Shown here in pieces: positions 1 through 9,417 of a stretch of DNA of 64,000 nucleotides. Positions within the stretch are counted from its first letter, which is position 1. Every line of letters starts with the position of its first letter. The DNA lies in NCBI GenBank assembly GCA_009845425.1, contig VXZQ01000014.1, positions 207,783 through 271,782 of the forward strand, written 5' to 3'. The notes under the pieces were generated by a model that was not told the origin of the DNA, ran no database searches, and worked only from the letters and a program-made list of their open reading frames with translations. This stretch comes from Holophagales bacterium (GTDB lineage: Bacteria > Acidobacteriota > Thermoanaerobaculia > Multivoradales > Multivoraceae). The translations under genes and the position numbers were made by a program.

Positions 1-167
1 GCCTGATGCTCTTCTCGCTCGTCCACAACCCCTGTTCGACGACGCTGTACACGATCTGGAAGGAAACCCGCAGCGTCCGCTGGACCGCGGTCTCGGCGCT
101 GCTGCCCATCGCCATGGGCTTCCTGCTCTGCTTCGCCGTCGCTCAGATCTGGCGAGCGCTCATGTAA
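1..167 (+). CDS. feoB: Ferrous iron transporter FeoB, C-terminal fragment (gene starts upstream of window)
   Basis: Frame 3 translates to ...[44 protein letters not shown]..., matching the conserved FeoB C-terminal gate region (HxPC...ETxSxxWT). Stop TAA at 165-167. Confidence 0.6.
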   Translation, partial: LMLFSLVHNPCSTTLYTIWKETRSVRWTAVSALLPIAMGFLLCFAVAQIWRALM

Positions 168-222
168 CCGCGGGTCTTCTGACCCGCGATAGACAGCGCC
201 TCGAAGCGGCGACCTAGCGACG

Positions 223-465
223 CTACTTCTTCCCGTACCTGCGCTGGAACTTCTCGATCTGGCCGGCGCTGTCGACGAAGTGCTGGCGTCCCGTGTAGAA
301 GGGGTGGGACGCGGAGGAGATCTCGAGCCGGATTTCGTAGTGCTCGACGCCGTCGATGTCCCGGGTCTTCTCGCTCGTCATCGTCGACTGGGAGATGAAC
401 TCGGCATTCGCGGACGGGTCGATGTACACGACGGGGTGCAGCTTCGGATGGATATCGCTCTTCAT
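223..465 (-). CDS. rpmE2: 50S ribosomal protein L31 type B (cysteine-free, non-zinc paralog)
   Basis: MKSDIHPKLHPVVYIDPSANAEF...SSASHPFYTGRQ...FQRRYGKK has no CxxC zinc-ribbon cysteines and fits the YkgM-type L31 pattern. Start taken at the internal Met of ORF 223..549. Confidence 0.85.
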   Translation of the reverse strand: MKSDIHPKLHPVVYIDPSANAEFISQSTMTSEKTRDIDGVEHYEIRLEISSASHPFYTGRQHFVDSAGQIEKFQRRYGKK

Positions 466-550
466 GGTGTTTCTCGCTCGGGTTGGGCTCAGGAGGGCGG
501 ATACCGCGACGCCTCCGAGGGCGGGTGATGATAACTGAATTATCGTCACC

Positions 551-3142
<2,592 letters not shown>

Positions 3143-3246
3143 CTGCGTCACCTTGCGCGGTGTTGAGGCGCGGAGCCCGGGAAGCTCCGGCACGGCTGCG
3201 GAGTGTAGCGCCAGGTCCGGCCGCATCTCCGCTACCATCCAAGCTC

Positions 3247-4383
3247 ATGGATCCGCTGCACGAACAGATGAGGTCCTGGCGCCGGGACTTCCACCGACAC
3301 CCCGAGCTCGCGTTCGAGGAAGTAGAGACCAGCCGCAAGGTGGCGGCGCTGCTCGAGTCGTTCGACGGCATCGAGGTCCACCGCGGCCTCGCCGGCACGG
3401 GCGTCGTCGGCGTGCTGAAGTCCGGCTCGTCGGAGCGCAGCATTGCACTCCGCGCGGACATGGACGCGCTGCCGATCGAGGAGGAGAACGAGTTCGAGCA
3501 CCGCTCGCGGAACCCCGGCAAGATGCACGCCTGCGGCCACGACGGCCACACGGCGATGCTGCTCGGAGCGGCGAGGCACCTGAGCCGGAACCGGACCTTC
3601 GACGGCACGGTCTACTTCTTCTTCCAGCCCGCGGAGGAGAAGGACGGCGGCGCCCGCGTGATGATCGAGGAGGGCCTGTTCGAGCAGTTCCCTGCCGAGG
3701 AGGTCTACGGCGTTCACAACTACCCGGGAATGGAGGTCGGCAACTTCGGTCTGTGCGCCGGGCCGCTGATGGCCGCGATCGACGTGTTCGAGTTCGCGGT
3801 GACCAGTGCCGGCGGCCACGCTGCCTTCCCTCACGGCACGGTCGACCCGATCCCGATCGGGGCCGAGATCGTCCTCGCCCTGCAGACGATCGTGGCCCGC
3901 AACGTGGACCCGCTGCATAGCGCGGTGATCACGGTGGCCCGTGTCCATGGCGGTCACGCGGACAACGTGATCCCAAGCCGGGTCGTTCACGGCGGCTGCG
4001 TCCGGGCGTTTCTGCCCGAGGTGCAGAAGCTGGTCGAGCGGCGGATGCGCCAGATCGGCCGCGGCATCTGCACCGCCCACGGCGCCGGCTTCGAGTTTCA
4101 GTACCGCCACTACTACCCGGCCACGGTGAACCACGCCGACCAGACCGAGAAGGCGGCCAACGCCGCCCGCGAAGTCGGCAAGGAGGTCACCACCAGCCTC
4201 GCCCCCGTGATGGGTTCCGAAGACTTCGCCTACATGCTCCAGGAACGCCCCGGCGCCTTCATGTTCCTCGGCAACGGCGAAAGCGCCGGCCTGCACACCC
4301 CGCGCTACGACTTCAACGACGACGTCCTGCCCATCGGCATGCGCTACTGGACCACGCTCGTCGAGACGCAGTTGTCCGCGTAG
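3247..4383 (+). CDS. M20 family amidohydrolase (N-acyl-amino-acid / hippurate hydrolase-like)
   Basis: PELAFEE...HACGHDGH...M20D peptidase motifs. Start at the ATG at 3247 (MDPLHEQ); upstream ORF extension is low-complexity. Confidence 0.85.
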   Translation: MDPLHEQMRSWRRDFHRHPELAFEEVETSRKVAALLESFDGIEVHRGLAGTGVVGVLKSGSSERSIALRADMDALPIEEENEFEHRSRNPGKMHACGHDGHTAMLLGAARHLSRNRTFDGTVYFFFQPAEEKDGGARVMIEEGLFEQFPAEEVYGVHNYPGMEVGNFGLCAGPLMAAIDVFEFAVTSAGGHAAFPHGTVDPIPIGAEIVLALQTIVARNVDPLHSAVITVARVHGGHADNVIPSRVVHGGCVRAFLPEVQKLVERRMRQIGRGICTAHGAGFEFQYRHYYPATVNHADQTEKAANAAREVGKEVTTSLAPVMGSEDFAYMLQERPGAFMFLGNGESAGLHTPRYDFNDDVLPIGMRYWTTLVETQLSA

Positions 4384-4400
4384 CGTCGTCGGTATCACCC

Positions 4401-4582
4401 GCCCGGCACGGGGCCGCAGGGGGAGGGGTTCCCTGCGGCCGTTCGCGCTCGGTCGGATGATGGGCAGTGGGCGCTCACTTCACTCCGCTCGCTTCGGTTG
4501 GTCGGTGCTTGCCGTCAGGTCGCCGGGAGTCGCTCGCTGCGAGCCCGCAGGGCACCCCTCCCCCTGCGGCCCCGTGCCGGGC
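4401..4582. repeat. Large hairpin: 36-bp near-perfect inverted repeat (4401-4436 / 4547-4582) with a ~110-nt spacer
   Basis: gcccggcacggggccgcagggggaggggttccctgc at 4401-4436; its reverse complement gcagggcacccctccccctgcggccccgtgccgggc at 4547-4582 (35/36 match). Lies 18 bp downstream of the M20 gene stop. Confidence 0.8.
4435..4481. repeat. Left terminal inverted repeat (~47 bp) of the putative cassette
   Basis: gcggccgttcgcgctcggtcggatgatgggcagtgggcgctcacttc; its reverse complement is found at 7060-7106 with 2-3 mismatches. Confidence 0.8.
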
Positions 4583-4987
4583 TGGACCTCGTCGGGCTTC
4601 GCGCGCTCCTCTTGTGCTTGCGGTGCGGTGACCGCGATCCGGGCGCGGGTGGCTGTCTCTCGGTGGGATCCTTGTTCTCTCACGGACGCTTGACCACCGG
4701 CAATCCACTGACGGCCGGACACCTGCACGGTGGTCGGGTCACCTGCGGTGCGTTCTCGTGCGGACGACCCGCCTGCTGCGCCCGGGTGGCGCGGTCCCAG
4801 CGGGCTCGGTGCGAGCGGCGCTCGCCTCCCTTCAGAAACCAGAGTCCAACCGACGTGAGAGTCGCTCCGCAAGGGAATCGAAGAGCCTAGCGTCGTAGCG
4901 TCAGGAAGCTGGTAGAAACGGCTGTGCGGGTTCTTATGCCAAGCCAGCACACAGAGAACAGAAACGAGAACGGGGGAGGATGGCCGG

Positions 4988-5410
4988 ATGGTGAATCTAC
5001 TCAGAGAGCGGGGCTGGTTTCGAGACGTGGCTGCGGACAAGCTACTCCTCGAGACGGTTGAAGGCTACGGCATGGTGCTGGAAGCGAAGCTCGCCGACAT
5101 GGCCGAGGAGTACGCTGAGCTAGAGCCACTGGGGAACGCGGACGGTATGCTGCAGAGCTGGTGGGAGGGCGTTGAGGAGTTGATCGAAGCTGGCTTGGTC
5201 CGCAACAAGGCTCCCAAGGAGTATGCGTTGACACATGAGGGCCGAGTTCAACTCCACAGTCTTCGGGCTTCCGAGAAGCAGCAGAAGAGCTTGGAGCAGC
5301 AGCAAAGGAGCTTGGAACTTGGTCTGAAACGGCTAAGCGTGGCTCTCTGGGCTCTCGGCGCGAGTGCTCTCTTTGGGTTGCTAAACATCGCTTTACAGTG
5401 GATGGACTGA
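4988..5410 (+). CDS. Hypothetical protein, helical with C-terminal transmembrane anchor
   Basis: 140 aa. GGGGAGGA Shine-Dalgarno 7 nt upstream of ATG 4988. C-terminal hydrophobic helix LSVALWALGASALFGLLNIAL. Located in the low-GC segment. Confidence 0.55.
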   Translation: MVNLLRERGWFRDVAADKLLLETVEGYGMVLEAKLADMAEEYAELEPLGNADGMLQSWWEGVEELIEAGLVRNKAPKEYALTHEGRVQLHSLRASEKQQKSLEQQQRSLELGLKRLSVALWALGASALFGLLNIALQWMD

Positions 5411-5432
5411 ACGGTACGCGGGGATCCCCCGT

Positions 5433-5451
5433 CCGGCCCCGGAACGGGGCC
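5433..5451 (+). terminator. GC-rich stem-loop downstream of the 4988-5410 ORF
   Basis: ggcccc-ggaac-ggggcc (6-bp GC stem) about 25 nt after the stop codon. No U-tract, as is common in high-GC genomes. Confidence 0.25.
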
Positions 5452-5829
5452 AAAGGGACTCGGCTAGCTGACGAAGCAGGCGCGTCTTCGGGGTCAGCTC
5501 GCTCGTCTCGTCGAAGCCATGTGCAGTCCTCGCGTCCCTGAGCCTCCGATCCCTTGATGGATGCCGGGCCCGTTGTCACAGAGGCTGCGCTTGGTCTCCC
5601 ATGTTCGCCGCGTCCACGGAGCTGTTCTGGCTGTTGACCGAATCCTGTATGCGGCGGCGAGCCGACTCAGGGCTGCATGCCTGTGTGTGACGGCGACCGC
5701 AAAGCAGACCACGGGAAGCCCATAGCCAGATGACGATTCCCGGATGGCGCTATGATGCGTTGCCTCGCCGGCACGCCTAGCCCGGATGGCGAACCGCACT
5801 AGACACCGAATGCGCGTGGAGTAAGCACT

Positions 5830-6879
5830 ATGCCGCGTCTCTTCGTCCTCATGCCCTTTTCGCCGGACCTCGAGCCCGTCTATGAGCGCCTCTTCAAAGA
5901 GCCATTCGAGAAAGCTGGTTACGACGTGAGCAGGGCGAAGGACATCGACAGCCAGCGGAACATCCTTGAGGACATTATTGAGTCTGTACGGGATAGCGAT
6001 CTGATACTAGCGGACCTTACAGACTTGAATGCCAATGTGTTCTATGAACTAGGAATCGCACATGCCTTCGACAAGAATGTGGTTCTAGTCAGCCAAGAGA
6101 TAAGTAGCTTACCTTTCGATCTGCAATCCTACCGCGTCGTTCGCTACAGCACCAGCTTCACCGAGATGGAAGAAGCCGTCCAACACATGGAGGACCGTGC
6201 GCGGAAGATCATCTCCGGCGGGATGAAGTTCGCCAATCCAGTTGCGGACTTCGCGGACTCGGTGGCTTCACCTTTCGCGGAAGCGGAAGAGGAGGACGCT
6301 CCAACTGAAGAGGACGAGGACGAGCGTCGCGGCATTCTGGACTTTCAGGCTGACTTCCTAGAGAACGTGGAAACCCTCGGAGCCCTGGTTGGCGACGGCA
6401 CCAAGCGAATTGAGGGTATGAGCGAACGCGTTTCGGCTGCCAACGAACGCATCACGGGAGTCGAGTTCGGCCAGCCTAGTCGGCAGCGTCGGACGATTCG
6501 GGACCTGGGATTCTCCCTGGAGAAAGACGCGGCATGGTTCAAGGACTTCGGTAGCAGATACTACGATGTGCTGGCGGAAGTAGAAGATGCTGTCGTCGGA
6601 ATGTTCAGCACTAAGAGGCACCTTGATGGGGAGAGCCGGGAGGAGTTGATTCTATTCATAGATGTGACGGAGAAGACAGAAAGCCAACTCTCGGATGCAG
6701 CGGCCAATTTCCAGAGCCTGATAGCGGCGATTGACGGAGTGCCGAAGATCGAGCGCAGGTTTGACCGAGGCAGTCGTGCACTGGCAAGAGAGCTTGAGAC
6801 CTACATAGACAACATCGAGTTGTCGATTGCTGTCATAACGAGATCAAGAAACCTGGCCAAGAAGATGTTGGGTGACTAG
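5830..6879 (+). CDS. DNPH1 (Rcl) / nucleoside 2-deoxyribosyltransferase-like N-terminal domain fused to an acidic linker and a ~190-aa helical domain of unknown function; candidate nucleotide-targeting defense effector
   Basis: N-terminus ...LILADLTDLNANVFYELGIAHAFDKNVVLV...PFDL... parallels the DNPH1 core (VVAEVTQPSLGVGYELGRAVALGKPILCL) including the catalytic-type YELG Glu. Acidic linker EAEEEDAPTEEDEDE. Lowest GC in the window (~47%). Confidence 0.6.
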   Translation: MPRLFVLMPFSPDLEPVYERLFKEPFEKAGYDVSRAKDIDSQRNILEDIIESVRDSDLILADLTDLNANVFYELGIAHAFDKNVVLVSQEISSLPFDLQSYRVVRYSTSFTEMEEAVQHMEDRARKIISGGMKFANPVADFADSVASPFAEAEEEDAPTEEDEDERRGILDFQADFLENVETLGALVGDGTKRIEGMSERVSAANERITGVEFGQPSRQRRTIRDLGFSLEKDAAWFKDFGSRYYDVLAEVEDAVVGMFSTKRHLDGESREELILFIDVTEKTESQLSDAAANFQSLIAAIDGVPKIERRFDRGSRALARELETYIDNIELSIAVITRSRNLAKKMLGD

Positions 6880-7059
6880 GGACTGGCCCGAGCAGTCGGC
6901 TTGGGGCGGATTGGGAAGACCGGGTTCTTGTCGCCGGACGGGCCAGCCTGACTGTCTGAGACTGGTGTGTGTTGGGGGAGCAGTTTGGAGCGCTCCCTGG
7001 CCGTTGTGCGCCGAAGGTGCGTGCGATCTTCGCCACTTCGGCACACGCAGAGGAAGGAA

Positions 7060-7106
7060 GAAGTGAGCGCCCACTCCCCATCGTCCGACCGAGCGCGAAC
7101 GGCCGC
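7060..7106. repeat. Right terminal inverted repeat (~47 bp), reverse complement of 4435-4481
   Basis: gaagtgagcgcccactccccatcgtccgaccgagcgcgaacggccgc; followed (7107-7140) by a degenerate copy of the 36-bp hairpin repeat. Confidence 0.8.
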
Positions 7107-7169
7107 CTGGGACCGCGCCCCCCGGACTCTCGGCAGGCGGGTGCTACTACCGCCGCTGCGCCGTCGGTG

Positions 7170-8075
7170 CTACGCGCAGTTGCAGAGTTCGATGAAGAAG
7201 GCGCGGACGGTGTCGAGGAACTCGGGAGAGCTCAGGGTGGTCATGTGGTTGGCGCCTTCGATGACGTGGAGGCGGTGCTCCTTCATCACGTCGACCAGGG
7301 CGTCGGCGTTGGGCTTCAGGGGATCGTCGCTGCCAATGATGTTGAGGGTCGGCACCTTGTTGATGCGGAGGAGTTCGGCGTTCACGTCGAGGGCGGGCAT
7401 GCCGCGGACGACGGCTGCCAGGGCCATCTGGTCGTTCGCGGCGACCATCGCCTGGCCGATCGCCTGAACCTGTTCAGGGGTCGGCGGTTCCTCGCCGGGC
7501 CACAGGAACTCGACGAGAGGGCCGCCGCCCTTTCCCGCCTCGAGGGAGGCGGCCAGCGCGTCGAACATCGCGTCGTCGCGCAGTTCGGGGCTCGGCCAGC
7601 CGGCGCCGCCGACCACGGCGGACATGAGCCGGTCAGGTGCCAGGGCGACGAGCTTCATCGTGATGAAGCCACCCATCGAGTAGCCGACGACGTGGGCCTG
7701 CTGCAGCCGCAGATGATCGAGCAGGTCGACGACGTCCAGAGCCATCCGTTCGCCGTAGCTCGCGGGGTCGTGGGGCTTGCCGCTCATGCCGTGGCCGCGC
7801 TGGTCGACGGCGATGACCTGGAACTCCTCGGCCAGCCGGCCGATGATGCCGGCGGCGCCCCAGTTCGAGGCGGCGGTGCCGGTAATGCCGTGAAGCAGCA
7901 CGACCGGGTCGCCGCGGCCTTCGACGACGTAGTGGATCTCGACGCCGTCACTGGCCGTGAACGACCGGGTCGAGGCTTCGCCTTGCGCGTGAGCGCCGGC
8001 GAAGGCGACTGTGAGCACTAGCGCCGCCAGGACGGCAGCGAACATCGACCGCGGTTTCTTCGTATGGATCATCAT
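7170..8075 (-). CDS. Secreted alpha/beta hydrolase
   Basis: Signal peptide, HG oxyanion box (VVLLHG), nucleophile elbow GYSMGG. Start chosen at MMIHTKK (8075). Confidence 0.8.
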   Translation of the reverse strand: MMIHTKKPRSMFAAVLAALVLTVAFAGAHAQGEASTRSFTASDGVEIHYVVEGRGDPVVLLHGITGTAASNWGAAGIIGRLAEEFQVIAVDQRGHGMSGKPHDPASYGERMALDVVDLLDHLRLQQAHVVGYSMGGFITMKLVALAPDRLMSAVVGGAGWPSPELRDDAMFDALAASLEAGKGGGPLVEFLWPGEEPPTPEQVQAIGQAMVAANDQMALAAVVRGMPALDVNAELLRINKVPTLNIIGSDDPLKPNADALVDVMKEHRLHVIEGANHMTTLSSPEFLDTVRAFFIELCNCA

Positions 8076-8131
8076 GGGTCCGATGTTACGCTGCCGCGGG
8101 ACGCCACTCGGATCACCAGTCGCAGGAATCC

Positions 8132-8917
8132 ATGGACATCGAGAGCGCAGCACGGCGCGTCCGCGAAGACGGCTACACCGTCGAGCCGGACTTTCTGAGC
8201 GAGGAGACGCTGGAGCGGTTGCGCCGTGATCTCGCGCCCGTCTTCGAGGCGATCGGCAGCCGGATGACGGACGACTACGGCCAGCAGACGATCCATACGC
8301 ACAACCTGCTGGCCAAGACGCGGGCCGTCGACGAGCTGCTCATGGACGATCGTCTGCTGGGGCTGGTGGAGGCGGTGCTCGGCCCCGATTACCAGGTCTC
8401 CGGCGTCGCCGCGATGCGGCCCGGACCGGGAGACCGTCCCCAGCGGATGCACCAGGACGACGGCCACTATCCGCTTCCGCGCCCGCACGTTCCGCTGATC
8501 GCCAACACGCTGATCGCCCTCGATCCGTTCACGGTGGAGAACGGGGCCACGGAGATCGTTCCCGGCAGCCATCGCTCGGCCGATCCGGTCGATCCCGACG
8601 TGCCGACGTTGACGGTGGAGATGCCGGCCGGGGCGCTCTTCCTCTGGGACGGCGCCGTCTGGCACCGGGGCGGCGGCAACTCGACGCAGAGCGGGTATCG
8701 ACGCTCCCTCAACTTCAACTTCAACCTGGCGTGGCTCAAGCAGCGGGAGAACCAGTTCGTCGGCGTGCCGTGGGAAGTCGTGGTGGAAATGCCCGAGAAG
8801 CTGCAGGCGTTGATCGGTTACAAGCTGACCAACCGCGGTCTGGGCACGGTGGACTACCGCAACCCCATCGAGACCGTGAAGCGGCGGTTGGCGGAGACAA
8901 GGGGGATGAGCAGATGA
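8132..8917 (+). CDS. Phytanoyl-CoA dioxygenase (PhyH) family Fe(II)/2-oxoglutarate oxygenase
   Basis: PhyH-like HxD...H pattern (MHQDDGHY ... VWHRGGGN). Confidence 0.75.
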   Translation: MDIESAARRVREDGYTVEPDFLSEETLERLRRDLAPVFEAIGSRMTDDYGQQTIHTHNLLAKTRAVDELLMDDRLLGLVEAVLGPDYQVSGVAAMRPGPGDRPQRMHQDDGHYPLPRPHVPLIANTLIALDPFTVENGATEIVPGSHRSADPVDPDVPTLTVEMPAGALFLWDGAVWHRGGGNSTQSGYRRSLNFNFNLAWLKQRENQFVGVPWEVVVEMPEKLQALIGYKLTNRGLGTVDYRNPIETVKRRLAETRGMSR

Positions 8918-9381
8918 CAGCAGCATCCGCGACGGAAACCAGAGATAGCGAATCGAAGCCGCGGTCGGTGGTTGAGTCGGCCGTCGAAACGGCCCACAAG
9001 GTGGCGCTCGCCGGCGCCGGCGTAGCGGGCGAGGCGGCAGATGTGGGCGCCAAGGTCTTCGACCGGCTGGTCGCCCGCGGCGCGAAGGTCGAGAGCCAGG
9101 GCAGGGAGTCCCTGAGCGACTGGCGGGACAAGGCCGAGGAGAAGGTTCAGCAGGTGCGTTCCGCGGCCGAGAAGGGGATCGAACAGACCCGGGTCAAGGC
9201 GCGGACGGGAATCGACGAGCACCTGGAGCGCCGACTCGAGAAACTCGGCGTGCCCGGCCAGGCGGACCTGGAGGCCGTGATCGAACGGCTGAGCGCGATC
9301 GAGGCGCGGCTCGATGCGCTTGAGAAGCCGAAACCGCGGCGGCGGGCGGCGAAGAAGAAGACGCCCGCGAAGGCCGGGTAG
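8914..9381 (+). CDS. Polyhydroxyalkanoate granule-associated protein (phasin, PhaF-like) with Lys/Ala-rich histone-like tail
   Basis: LAGAGVAGEA...KVFDRLVARGAKVE...LGVPGQADLEAV...AKKKTPAKAG matches the phasin family pattern. ATGA start/stop overlap with the upstream gene. Confidence 0.75.
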   Translation: MTAASATETRDSESKPRSVVESAVETAHKVALAGAGVAGEAADVGAKVFDRLVARGAKVESQGRESLSDWRDKAEEKVQQVRSAAEKGIEQTRVKARTGIDEHLERRLEKLGVPGQADLEAVIERLSAIEARLDALEKPKPRRRAAKKKTPAKAG

Positions 9382-9417
9382 GAGCCGGGTTCGCCGGCGC
9401 AGCCGGCAGGGGAGTGC

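Larger units (their letters stand above)
4401..7140. mobile_element. Putative IR-bounded, low-GC cargo cassette (non-autonomous; no transposase or integrase)
   Basis: ~80-bp composite terminal inverted repeats flank a 2.6-kb segment whose GC falls to ~47–58% against ~70% background. It sits between two convergent core genes (M20 hydrolase ends 4383; alpha/beta hydrolase ends 7170). Cargo is two ORFs on the same strand with Shine-Dalgarno sites. Confidence 0.5.

Noticed and set aside
5419-5430. Perfect 10-bp palindrome ggggatcccc
   Set aside because: Too short to be meaningful on its own. Noted only as a possible protein-binding site near the putative terminator.
4401-7140. Transposase or integrase inside the IR-bounded cassette
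   Set aside because: Only two ORFs of plausible coding quality are present and neither has DDE, serine or tyrosine recombinase motifs. The element, if mobile, would be non-autonomous.
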